From Lama guanicoe (taxonomy: Eukaryota), in NCBI GenBank assembly GCA_013239625.1, contig MU053376.1, forward strand, positions 458,833 to 522,832: 64,000 bases of DNA, read 5' to 3'. Numbering within the stretch: the first letter of the stretch is position 1; the number at the start of each line of letters is the position of its first letter. Positions 38,363-51,309 of the stretch are shown piece after piece. A program made the translations under genes and the position numbers. Under the pieces are notes generated by a model. That model did not search any database and was not told where the DNA came from. It saw only the letters and a program-made list of their open reading frames with translations.

Positions 38363-39256
38363 TCCCATCGGTCATCAGTTCTTCTTCCTTCTCTCTTCAG
38401 TCTCATACCTGGATGCCCTGTCCAAGTTGGCTTCCCATCCTCCAGTACAAGGAGAACTCTGATGGGCTAGAGGACCTTGGTAGTATTGCTCAGGAATCAT
38501 CCTTTAACCAATTTGCCTGTAACACAAAATTTCAGAATTGCACATAAAATCACAAATTGTGTTTTGGCTATCATAGATGAATGGAATTAAAAATGACAAA
38601 ACACAATAAGAGCTGTGTGTGTGTGTGTATATATGTATATTTGTCTCAAGATGGGGAGTTACATGGGGTTGCCAGCCTTTATTTTATCAAAGTACATTTA
38701 AAATAGAACAACCACGGCTACCATATATTACCACCATCATTTCATAAAGGAAAGGACACTTTAATGACATAAATGTGTGAAGGATGTACTCTCTAATAAA
38801 GGACAGTCCTTTGAAGGGAACTGTACAGCTTTGTGGAGAAAGTGTCCTTGCTCATTTTCCTAACTCCATCCTAGGTGTGACATCCTTGTCGTGAACTTCC
38901 TCAGCAATCAGGTGGGACCGGCCCTCGGTAACCTCCCCTTTTCCACTTTCTGTGCCTGCCTCTGTCTTTTCTGCTTTGTCATGAGAGGAGGATAATCCTC
39001 ATGTCGGGAGAAGTTGTGAAAGACTTTGGGCAAAAAGATTATTATTGGGCGTCCTGTCTTGCTTCACTTTGGATAACCTTTGCCTTTCATTGTCTTTGGG
39101 CTATTTTACCACTCTGTGAATTGTAGAAATCCGATCACAATGCAAATGATTTGGCCCACAGAAATGTAAATTGTATCCAGTGGATATTGACCGGTGTTGT
39201 GTCTCTTAAATAAACTAATGGCCACATTCCTGATGGCTTATATATGGTTGCTTTTT

Positions 39257-39446
39257 TTGTTTGTTTGTTTTTTTGAGTAAAGGTTAATTTATTTAGAGAG
39301 TTGCACACTGCATAGAATGTAAGGCAAGAGAAAGGCAAGGAAGGAAAGAGGTGTGGGAATTGGGTGCTCAGGTTAAAGTAAAAGTAGGCACACACTCCAT
39401 AGACAGAGTGGGGGCCATCTCCAAAGAGTAGGGAGTGAAAAGGGCC
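39257..39446 (-). mobile_element. PolyA-tailed retrocopy of LTR-like sequence
   Basis: 14-bp TSD tatggttgcttttt (39243-39256, 39447-39460), T-rich tail, minus-strand AATAAA at 39288-39293. Confidence 0.7.
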
Positions 39447-41729
39447 TATGGTTGCTTTTTGGATTCTCTTCTGAGCAGTTGTAACATCTTAGTAGTTCCC
39501 TCATTAATTGATGAGTTAAATAACATCACTGACATGTGTTAATTTTGTATTGGTACAAAGCCCTTGATTTTACCTTTAAGAAAATTACCTCTTCACAGTA
39601 ACTACCTCTGAGAGTTGTTGTGAGGGTGGAATGAGGTCATAGTTAAGCGAGTGCCTGGCACATAATGTAATGTCCATCCATAGCTGGACAGTCCTTGCTT
39701 CTTCAGGATTCTGAGCCCCAGGGCACCCTGTGTTTTCACAAACAAAATAAACACAATCTTCCGATTAAACATCTCACATTACAGCATTAGTGACTTTGAC
39801 TTCCCTAGGATTTTTGCATTTCAAAAGAGGACCCTAGGGGAAAAAATAATGCTTACCCAGAAGAATGACTGTAATGGTGGAAATCCAGAGGGATGCTGTG
39901 CTGTAGATACTTGGGGCCAAGTGCCTTTAAAATAACCTACCCTGCTGGCATTCAGCTGCAGGAGACGATTTGATGCCTCTCACTCCCCCTCCAAGCTGGA
40001 AGCACCAGCCTTACCATACTAAGGGGAACAGTTTGAACCTTGTACTAGGATCTTAAAATACATACTTATTAAATCCTCTCCTCTATCTGCGATGTGGATA
40101 TGTTTATCCCTGTTATTGGTGAGGAACTAGAAGAAGTTGAATGACTGGCCCAAGGTTACACAGCTAGGAAGTTGTGCCAGGATTGAAATCCAGAGCTGTG
40201 GGGGAAATGTGAGCCATGAAATAGCCCTTCTAGTCAAGACTCTTTCCTCCCCCAAACCCATTACCACTGTTGAAATCCACTGTCCACTGTTACACCTGAG
40301 CAGAGACAGTACTCCCATTAAAATGGAAATGCCTTGGAAGGCATAGCACACTTGCCAGCAAAATAATGTCAGAAAGAAATTGATCTGAAGCTGGGTACAG
40401 ATTTTGACCAGGGTGTTAGAGCACAGACAGAGAGGAGCAGGGGATGGCGAGAGGGGAGCTCCCTCCATGGGCAGGGTCCTCTGTGCTCTGCGGGACCAGG
40501 ACTGTGGGGCGGGGATGGAGCTGACAGGAGGAAGCTGGGGAGGTTCAGTTCCATGAGTTGGTGGGAGAGCAGTGGGTACTGTGCCTTCTCTCTTTGGGAC
40601 GTGACAACCAGAAAGATACAGGACGAAGGAAGAGGCAGATGCTGTCCTCAGGAGTGGAGGGACAAACCCCAGAAACGGCTTCCTAAAGGTTAACTGGCCA
40701 AAGCCATGCCCTCCTCTGCATGGAGCTGGCCAAGAAGACTGTGGCCTGGGCCAGGTGTGGCAGGGCATGTGGATGCTGGGATGGCTCAGAGGATCAAGGA
40801 CAATGAGCCAGGCCAGTGCAGCATCTCTGCTGAGCCGGAATACAGGAGGCCTGGGCACATGGAGGTCAGGTAAGTGAATGTCTTGGTGATGGATGGGGGT
40901 TCCCCAGCAAGCATGACCTTTCCCTCCCATCGAGTCCAGCTGGACAGACCTAGTGGCTCAAGAATCCCTTGTCATCATCCACTGATTGCTTTGTGATTAA
41001 TGCACAAATCACTTATTCTGTCCTCCTGTCCTTTCTCCATGCTCCCCCAGACCCTTCTGCACTTAGGTAATTTACTCAGAAATTATTGTCCCTAGAATCT
41101 CTCAGCGTGCTCAGTGTACAGGAGTGACTAGGATCTGCGTGTGATCCCCCTGTGGAATGCTAACCAAAGACAGACAGGCCAGGCACAGCCCTAGTGAGAG
41201 CCTTAACTATCTGCAGTAAGTAAGGTAGGGCCCAACTGAGCCCAGAACCTGTCCTGTAGGAGTCGCCCCTTCTTTCCCACACACTTTTGGGCTCTGCAAG
41301 AAAGCAGTGGGTTCCCACATGGTTGTCACTGACTGGAGCTGCCTGTGGGGTCCCAACAGAGTTCCACATAGGAGGGGCTGCCTGACCCTGGTTTGTCTGG
41401 AAACCAGAGAACTGCATTTGGAGGAGGGGGAGGCCACCCTCTAGTCTCCAACACCAAGCCAGGTAGACCCTCCCCTACCAAATACAGGTCTGAATATTCT
41501 CACTTCTTTTCAACAAATATTTTCTTTATCTTGGCCTGAGGTCCCAAAACAAAGACTGCTTAATAACTAGGTTTAATGCTGATGTGGCTGCATGGACTTC
41601 ATAAATTATCAGAGCAGGAAAGACAGAATTACACACTGTTAACAGTCATTCACTCAACAAGTATTTAGTGAGTAGCAGATAGGAGAAAGGGAATTCTTTG
41701 TGTTAACTCACGGGGAAGAGCAGCACATT

Positions 41730-42292
41730 AAAAACAACCTAAATGTCCATTGACAGATGACTGGATAAAGAAGTTGTGGTATATCTATACAATGGAATAC
41801 TACTCGGCCATAAAAATGACAACATAATGCCATCTGCAGCAGTATGGATGGCCCTGGAGAATGTCATTCTAAGTGAAATTAGCCAGAAAGAGAAAGAGAA
41901 ATACCATATGAGATCACTTGTATGTGGAATCGAAACAACAACAACAACAACAAAACAACCAGAAGACAAATGAACTGAAATATGAAACAGAAACAGACTC
42001 ATAGACATAGAATACAGACTTGTGGTTGCCAGGGGGAGGGGAGGGGGAGGGACAGACTGGGAGTTTGAGATTTATAGATACTGACAGGTATGTATAGAGT
42101 AGATAAACAAGTTTATACTGTACAGCACAGGGAAATATACTCAAGATCTTGTAGTAGCTCGTGGTGAAAAAGAATATGAAAACGAATATATGTATATTCA
42201 TGTATGAATGAAAAACTGCTGTACATCAGAAACTGACACAACATTGTAAACTGACTATAACTCAATAAAAAAATAATAAAAAATTTAAAAAA
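41730..42292 (+). mobile_element. 5'-truncated L1 (ORF2 end and 3'UTR)
   Basis: caacctaaatgtccattgacagatgactggataaag...tatacaatggaatactactc, G-rich tract, polyA signal and A-rich tail. Confidence 0.9.
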
Positions 42293-45200
42293 TGTTTTAT
42301 GCTGTTCCTTCTTTCCTGTTGAAGCAGAATTTATTTAATTATCCCTCACCCCATCCCATCCCCCACTTGCCTCCCGTACCTTCCTCTACAGGGCAGATTA
42401 GAATGCTTTTGCTCAATTTGAGGAGCAGATTTGGAAGCAATTTGGAAGGTAAAGGATGGCGGACAAATGCTCTATCTGCAAAATAAAGACGGAGTCTGAG
42501 TGTTTGAGAGACAGAGTAAAGGTGTGATAGTTGGAGAAATGAGAATTCCTCCAATAGCCCAAACGGTGCACTTGGAAAATAAATTAATCTTCTAGTGGTG
42601 AAGTATGTTTGACTTCAGATTTTTTAGGAGGAAGCCAGCTGCTGTGGGGTAGGAGGCCCGCATTCAGAGGGCTGGAGTTCCCCCTGCAAGGAGCACTGAG
42701 CCCAGAGCTCAGCCCTGTCCTCTGCAGAGCTAGCAGGTGTCCCTTCCCTGGTACCACGTGGAGGGCAAGAACTTCTGAGATGGCCCATGTGCATACTCCC
42801 TCATTCCCCAACTCTCCCCTCTCTCTCCCTCCACCCTCCTCTCCCACTTAACCCCTCCCGCATTGATGGTCCAAGCCTCCCCACTCTTAGATGTGGCCTT
42901 GGAGGACAGTGCACAAGAAGATGCTCCCAGTTTGCAGAACCAGGCATGATGCATCTGGCTGAATGAGGAACTCACACCCCCACTTTGGAAAGGAGCTCCC
43001 AGTGGGATGTGTTCACAACAGTGATAATGGCCTGTGCCTACGTAGTGCATCCTTCTAATCAGATATTTACAGATATTAGCTCATTAACACCAACTCTGTG
43101 AGTTACGTCCTGTTACAACTCCATTTGACAGATGAGTAAACTGAGGCACAGGAAAGTTAAGTGACTTACCCAGGGTCACACAGTTAGAAAATGGTGGCAC
43201 AGGGATTTGAATCTGGCAGTTTGCCTCCAGAGTCCACACTCTTAACAACTATCCATTCTATACCCCCCAGCTGAGCATTCTCTTATGTTAGACTCTTTTC
43301 ATTGCAAGTGACAGAAACCCAACGCAAGGACACTCCAGGCAGAGGAAGCAGCAGTTGCAAAGAGAAGCTGGGTGGTCAAGGAGGGTTGTAAGTAACTGGA
43401 AAGAGAGATGGAAGGAAGTCCTAGGAGGGAGCGTCACCTGGGCCAGGTGCACTGAGGCAGGAGGCTCACTGCACTGACCTGGAGCTAAGGACACCAACTG
43501 TCTTGTCACCGAGGCCAGGAGCCAGGAGCAACACAAGGGAACAGGCATGGCCTGGATACGCTCCTCCGCTCCCAACCCTCCTCTCTTTCCTGATCTATTT
43601 TTTGTGGTTTTCCAAATCTTTTTTTGCTTCCAGCTCCTCTGAAGAGTGATGCTCCACGGAGGGAGGGCACTTTGATCTGCCTCAGCCCTCGGGGAGGGGC
43701 GGTGTTCAGTGCAGATTAACCATGTAGCCTGACACCATCCCCATGCAAGTCCGGTTCTTGTGATTAAAGGTTCAGTAGGCGGGGGTGCTGTGCCAGGCCC
43801 TGGGAGCCAGCAGGGGCCGAGGGAGTGGATCAGTGGATCTGAAACCTCTTTTCTTCAGGGGGTGTGGTCTTTATCTTTTTCCCCTTTACCCCTCCTCACT
43901 CCTCAGTCCTCCTCACTCCTCCTCACTCCCACCACTGCTAGTTTTGAAATTTGAGTTCTCCCTGAATCCACACAGCGAACTGACTTAGAAGGCAGGGCTC
44001 TCCTCCCCACATCTACCCAGCCGCTGACCCGTGTGGCTGTGGAGAGGGGACAGGGAGGCTGGTGTCCGGGCCAAGTGCCGGTAATATCAGATGCCGAGTG
44101 ATCGGCTTCCTCCTCCTGCTCCTGGTGTGAACGTGAGCAAGCCACTGAACCTTCCTGGGCTTCTGCATCCCCCTTAGGACGGCAGGCAAGGTGACTTGTG
44201 ATGGCTCCCCCCAACCTCATGTACAGGGACAAATGGAACAGAGAGGAGACCCAGGAAGCAGAGGCCCAAGCCGGATTCTCCCTGAGACGCCCAGGTCAGA
44301 GCACTCCCATCTCTCCAGCAAAGGGTCCAGCAGCAAGTAGCTTCCAGCTGTTTACCTTGGAATCTGTTAATCTCCTGTGGTAGGGGCGCGGGGTGCAGGG
44401 AGGAGAGGGGAGACTGGAGATGATACCATTGCAGAGCGAGTGGGGTGGGCATGGATGAAGGCCGTGGGTCAACATACTTAGCAGATACCTGCAAGGCTGC
44501 CGTGAATCCAGCCTCTTCCTTCCCTTCCCTCCAACCAGCTGCAGCACTGACAACCCGGGGACAAGGGACAGATCCATTCAGGAAACAGGAGGCAGAAGGG
44601 AGGAGGCAGGGCAGGGAGCAGGATGAATGGCCAGATCCCTGAGGCTTGTGTCCTGTGAAAGACAACGAGGTCCCAGCTGGAGATGTGGCCTTATGCCCGC
44701 TCCGCTGAATGCCTGGGACCCCCTGAGAGTCAGGGGAGAAGGCATCTTTGGGACGTTAAGGACAACAGCCTTGTTCCACAAGGAGGAAGGGGGAGACCAG
44801 GAGAGGAAGAGAGATGTGCTCAAGGCCTCCGGGCTTTAAGATGCAGAGTTAAGTGCTAGATCTATTTGCTGAGGGTTTTAGACATTTCGGATCCTCCCCC
44901 AGAAGAAGCTCCCCACAAACCTAACCAATCCCTGAGTTAGGGAGGGTGGCTCTTAGGTGTGACCTCTGATCGCTGGGAACTTCAGCCCTGGCATCAAGCC
45001 TTTTAGACAGTAACTCTGCTGGCAGCGGTGAGAGTATACTGATCTGGACTCCCCGTGTGACCTTGGCCAAGTCATTTCCCTTCTCCAGGCCCGGTTTCCT
45101 CCTCTGGGGTGATTACACCTGCCCTTTTGTTCTTCACGGGGTCAGAGGCTAAAATGAGACTATTTTGTCTTTCCAGACAGCTCCAGTTTAATTACAGACT

Positions 45201-46157
45201 AATTCTTGACCCAGCTGATGGGAGAGATTCTTACGTGTGCCTGTAAAATTAAGGCGATCTGGGCCTAACTAACCTGCATCATTTTCCTGAGGTCCCAGGA
45301 AGGACCTGAAGACCAGAGCGAGGGGCAGGGCCTGAGAGATGCCTGAGTGACTCGGCCTCTGGGCCTAGAGAGCCAGCCTGGCTGAGAAGCACTGCAGTTA
45401 TACGGCACCTAGAGGTAAAAAGAGTTTACATGTATTGAGAGATTTAAAAAAAATTTTCCAGGTTCTTCATATGTATTGTTTCATTCAAGTGTCACCATCT
45501 CACTAATTATAATTGTGGTCCTCATTTTATGCACGAGGAAACGAGGCTTGGATAAAGTCAATGTGTCTGTTCGCGCAGCAGGGAAGGGCAGAGCCAGGAC
45601 TGCAACCAGGGTTTGGTGTCTCTAAACACTTGTTCCACCGCTGCCAACCTCTGCTGGCCTTGAGGCCCTGGCCAGAGGGGGCGCTGCAGAGGCCTGGGGC
45701 AGGGGCTCTCTGCGGTCCTGGGACAGCTGCTTCTAGGGGCTGTGAGAGGGGTGGCTGCCCCGAGGGAGGCAGGGCAAGACTGTGAGCTCCCTCTCCCCAG
45801 AGCTCCCCTCCTAGGAGGGAGGAAATAGACTGAATGGGCCAGGCCTGGGGGAGGCTGCTTGACAGGCAGTGCTCAAGACAGCTCCCTTTCCCTTCAGTAC
45901 GTCTTCCCAGAGCCCCTGGGAGAGCTGTCCTCACTGTACTTCCACATGCAGCCAGGGCATCTTCACGCTAACGTGTTTGTACTATTGCAGCTTGCAGGAA
46001 ATGCGGTTACACGAGGGCTTCTCCCACATTCCCCCGCAAACTCCTTGGGGGCAGGGACTCCATGTGTATTCCTTAAGGCACCTAGTAGGGGCTTTGCAAA
46101 GATTAGCAGGTGATCAATGAGTATTTGTGGAATGAGCTATTAAAAATGATCATTCCT

Positions 46158-46993
46158 TGAAGGGCCGCAAATGGCAAAATACCCTTTTTATGGGTGAGTT
46201 GTATTCCATTACATATATATATATGCTGTATCTCCATTATCTATTCAACTACTGATGTGCACTTAGGATGCTTCCATATCTTGGCAGTTATAAATAATGT
46301 TGCTGTTAATAGCAGGGTGTATGTATCTTTTTGAATTAATTCTTATTTTGTGCTTGGCTTTATTCCTTTGATAGCTATGTAAGTATAAAAAGCTAAAGCT
46401 CTAGACATTCTTGGAAACAATGAACAGTACATACATGTAAATTAAAAAAAATACGTGCAGTAAAAAACAATGAGCTATCAAGCCATGAAAGATATGGAAG
46501 AAACTTAAAAGACATATTATTAAATGAAAGGAGCCGGTCTGAAAAGGCTACAAAGGGTACGATTCCAACCAAATGACGTTCTGGAAAAGGCACAGCAACA
46601 GAAACAATAAAAAGATCGTGGTTTCCAGGGTTTTGGGGGGAGGGAGGGAGGGAGGGATGAATAGATGGAGCACAGGGGATTTTTAGGGCAATGAAATTAT
46701 TCTGTATGATACTATAGTGGTGGCTACATGTCATTATGCATTTGTCAAAATGCATAGAATGCACAACATCAAGAGTGAACCCTAATGTAAACTATGGACT
46801 TTGATTGATAATAATGTGCCCACTCTGGTTCATCGATTGTACCAAATACACCCCACGGATGAGGGATGCTGAGGGTAGGGGAGCATATATGTGTCGATGG
46901 GGAGGGCTATGTGTGAACTCTCTGTATTTTCTGCTCAATTCTGTTGTGAGCCTGAACCTGCTCTAAAAGAATAAAGTCTGTTGAAAAAAAAAA
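46158..46993 (+). mobile_element. Chimeric insertion: half-L1 tail segment joined to an L1MC-like 3' end
   Basis: 46158-46460 matches the reverse complement of ~59855-60155; 46460-46993 resembles an L1MC-type 3'UTR; gatcattcct flanks both ends. Confidence 0.7.
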
Positions 46994-49900
46994 GATCATT
47001 CCTAAGACTATCAAAAGTGCCGTCACTTACAGTGTTTACCCATTCATTCAAATCCTTACACACTTGCTGGGCCTGCGATAATATGTCTAGAGTGCACCAG
47101 ATTCCACGGATGCAAAGACCCTTTGGGCACCTGTCTGTGCAGAGGGCGCTCATTGTGGCGGGGGGTTGGGGAGGGTGAGGGTAGGGGAACTGGTGACAGC
47201 AAGAGACGAAAAAGAAGACAAAACAAGCAAAACCAAACCTGAAAACACAGAAAATTGCAGCACGTGCAGCTAGGAGTCGGCACAGGTGCCAGCGAAGCTC
47301 AGAGGAGGAGCCCCCAGCGCAGTCTGGGGACCAGGGAAGCAAGGAAGGGCTTTGTGGGCCAGGCGGGAGCAAGCCAGCCAGGTGGGGGCAGGCCAGCCAG
47401 GGAGGGGGTGGGTCAGAGTCAGCCAGGTGTGTGTGGGGGTCAGATGGGGGAGAACTTGGGGTGGGGGAGGGGATCTGGGGCAGGTTGGCGGGTGATTGTG
47501 CACAGTCAGCAGTTCAGCATGGCAGCCGCCTAGGATGGGGAGAGGCATTTTGAGGCTCTAGGTGGGAGGAAGGAAGAACGGAAATAACTCCTTTTATTTG
47601 AACATGGATTGATTTGTGTTTCTCAAAGCCCATCCACATCTATGATCTCAGATTAGCCTAAAAACAGCAGCAGCAGCAGCAGCAAACCCCTTCTGCTCCA
47701 GGCCTTTCCCAGGGTGGTGTGTGTGTTACCACCGGAAAAGGGGACACTATTAGCACCTCCCCTGTATGGAAGGGGACGCTGGGGCTCCGAGACCTGACTT
47801 CTCCGGGAGGGGAGGGGAGGGCCCTGTGATGCTCAGTCTACAGTTGAGTGCGCGGAAGCTCTGGGGTTAGGTGACACGCGTCCGGTCCTGTGACATGTGG
47901 GAGACCTGGGACTTGAACTCAGGCCTCTGGGCTCCTAGCCTGGTGCTTTTTCTGGGAAATTTCTCTGCCTCTCAGGACAAAACATCTGAACCAAAGCAAA
48001 CAGCCGGATTGTGAGTGGAAATCAGCTCAGGCTGCCCTGGTATTTCTCCACCGATGAACTTCTGCCTTTGCCGCTGAAGGGGCCAGGATGTCACTGCCCC
48101 TGCAGGGATCTGAGCTTTGAGCGGAGCGTTTTACCCAGTCAGCCAGCTGTTGGACATGCAGAAACCGTTCCCTCTGTCCTGGGCACAAACTGCCCAAGTT
48201 TCTCCACTCCAGGCAACCACACTCCTGTTAATTAATTCAGTTTGCAAACTTATCCTGGAGATCCCGAGCCGACAGCTTCACTTCTGGGGCTTCCCAGTCC
48301 CTCCACACCCACCGGCCCCGGGCTTCTCCACCACCAAGGAAGCAGGAGACTTTCTCTTGCTTTCCTCCGGCTGCTCTCATCCTTCCTTCCGTGGGGTGCT
48401 CAGAGCACCGCTGTGACAGTGCCGCAGACCCCTGGCCCTGCTGCCTTCCCTGACACGACAACTAACCCTTGACCCTCCAGCCCGATGCCCGGTCTGTGGC
48501 CTCCTCTGCCCCCTGCACGTCCCTTTCTAAAATCTTCCCTGGTGACCCCCGTTTGCCACCTCATGTGGTTCTGGAAGGAGTCCTGTCTACCTGTTCCTCA
48601 GGTTCGCAAATGCTCAGTCACTGAGGCAGGGAGCAGAAAGGACAGGCAACTGGTTCACAGGGTAAGTGCATCTGCTTTGAATCTTGGCCACTGCCAACAG
48701 CCACGTGACCTTGATCAAGACGTGACTGTATTTCTCCTGGGTGTTGTGCAGAGATCATGAGATCAAAATTGTAAGGCATCTGCTACTTATACAATAGACT
48801 CTCAATAAACGGTAGCTATTTAACTATTAATAATGATGCCTTTTCAAAGGATTTCTCTGAGAATGAATTTGAAAGGCGTTGGAAACTCCAGAGTATTTCC
48901 CCTTTTAGACTAGAAACCCCGTGAGGTCAGGGGCCTTGCCTTCTGTTCACAATATTTGGTACATAGAAGGATCTTACGTATATATTTATTTTTGGGTGAA
49001 TAAACAAATCTACACTGCCTTCAATTCTCACTTTAGGATTCATTTTTAGGATTAATTTTTCCTAATTATAAAAGTAATACATGTTTAATTGTAGAAAAAT
49101 TGAAAAATATTTCTCAAAACTAGGAAAACACAAACTAGCTGTGGTCCCCTCTAGAGACGACCATGGTTAATGTGTAGATATATTTCCCTGCAGCCTTTTT
49201 TCTGTGCTTATATATATTTATATATATATATATATTACAAAATTTTTATATTCTTGTTTTTCAGTTAACATAATGAGCATTTTCCCTGTTATAAAATAAT
49301 CTTTACAAAACATAATTTTCAGGGCTACATATATAATTCTATGCTATGAATGTATCACAATTTATGTAACCAGTATGCAATGGTTGGGTATTTATGCTGT
49401 TTGCATGTTTTCACTGTCATAAATGAAGCTGCAATGAACATCCTTCTGCATAAATCTTTGTGCGTATCTCTGAATTAATACTTCTACCAGGAATAAATTC
49501 TACAAAGTCAATTACTGGATCTGAGGGTGAACGTTTTAAGGACCTTGACACACATGTCATTAATTGATCCTTCAGAGACGTTGCACTAACCGTAACCACT
49601 ATAACCATGTGGATGCGCAGTTTCTGGAAAAGGAACCGTGGGACAGCTGATCCTAGGAGTCTCCTACATGCGCATCAATCCAGAGTGGGTTTCTCAAATG
49701 TGCACGTGCACTAGCAGACATCCCAACCGCACACTCTCTTAAGAGGGCAGGGACTGTGCTCTCAGTTGGCGCCCCCTCCCAGCTTAGCCTAGACTCAGGC
49801 TTTGGTTTCGGCAGCATTCGGGGTGTAGGGGGTCAGTCTCCCTGTGATCGACTGACGGCGCTTACTCAGGCAGGTCCGACCCCGTGAGCCCACTTTAGAG

Positions 49901-50990
49901 TCTGGTGTTTGCAGGTCACAGCTGAGCCCAGGTTGGGGTGGGGTGGGGGATGCTAGGAAAGGGAGGGGGCCTGCCAGGAGGAGATGACTAGTGAGGGATT
50001 TGCTTTCTGTGGTCCAGGACTTTGCTGGAGGAGGCAATCCTTTCTGCTAAGGAGTCTAATGAGTTAGAGACTAAAACATTTGGTCCCCTTGTCTTGCCAA
50101 GGCAGACAAATACAGAGGGGCTCGCTTCTCAGGTGTGTGTGTGTGTGTGCTGGGGGAGCCGAATATACAATTCCACCGTCTTCACTGAGATTACAGGGAG
50201 GTAGAATCTGATGCACACGTGTGTACGGACAGGGAAGGCACCCAAGGAAATGAAAACAGACGTGTGAGGGCTTTTTAGACCTTCTCCCCATTTCTCTTTT
50301 CCTTATCAGGGCATCCACTTCTCCATCCCATTTACATCTGCATCCACGTCCATGTCTATGTGCTGTCATTGTCCATGTTCGTACCTACACTCTCCTTCAT
50401 GTTTGTGTTCATATATTGGTTAGAAGCGCCCATTCCCACTATAGATAAATGTTAGCTTCCAAAGTCAGTTATTTATGCTGGATTGGTTTGGCCTTGTCTC
50501 TCCTTCCTTCCCTCCTCACCCCCCTCTTTCCCTTCCTGTTTGTCCTCCTCCCCTCCCAATTGGGGCCATAGCCCCTTGTCCCTCAAGCATCGCCCCTCTT
50601 CCATCCCCACTCAGTCTGCAAGCCCACCCCTCCTACCCTTTGGGCCCTGAAGTCTGACCAGGTTTCTTTTCTCCAGAGAGGGGAGCACCAGCTGCCCGGC
50701 TTTGATGGGACTGGTAAGAAGGCACGGCTTTGGGGTTCAGAGCGTGGCCGGGGTGCACAGGAAGGGCCATGTGTAACCCCTGCAGAAACCAGGCCTCCTG
50801 TTATCCTGTTCTTTCATGTTGTCCTGGGCCATCTTGCCGCTCTCCTGGCTTAAACCACCTTTTATACGTGGATGCTCCCTCATCTCTGAACTTTAGAGCC
50901 AGAAATTTAAATGCCTGCTGGACACGCCCACTGCCTGGATGTTTCACACACTTCCCAAACCCAGCATGTCTAAGGCAGAAACGATCAGCT

Positions 50991-51121
50991 TGGGAGGGTG
51001 TAGCTCAAGTGGTAGAACACATGCTTAGCATGCACGGGGTCCTAGGTTCAGTCCCCAGTACTGCCTCTGAAAATAAATAAACCTAGCTACCTCCTCCCCC
51101 ACCAAACACAAAACAAAAAAA
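50991..51121 (+). mobile_element. tRNA-derived camelid SINE
   Basis: gggagggtgtagctcaagtggtagaacacatgcttagc...; TSD aaggYagaaaYgatc. Confidence 0.85.
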
Positions 51122-51309
51122 GGTAGAAATGATCCCATCACTCACCCAGGCCGGCTCCTCCCTCAGGAGCCCCTCAGCCAGTCCCTCATCGAACCCCACG
51201 GCCTGGGGCCAAACAAGGGAGTCGCCCTGCAGCCTCCTCCCTCCCTTGCCCCTGGCTCATCATTCACATATTTAATTTGTCTCCCTCTCTACTGTTGCTA
51301 TCTTGTTTG

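Noticed and set aside
40127..40930. 267-aa minus-strand ORF
   Set aside because: No recognisable domain, low-information composition, and its end overlaps MIR-like sequence; likely a chance ORF in GC-rich DNA.
45669..45687. CTCF-like TGGCCAGAGGGGGCGCTGC
   Set aside because: Only the 3' half fits the consensus; too weak to call without data.
47160..47187. G-quadruplex-like G runs
   Set aside because: Common in this GC-rich region and not tied to any promoter or transcript I can identify.
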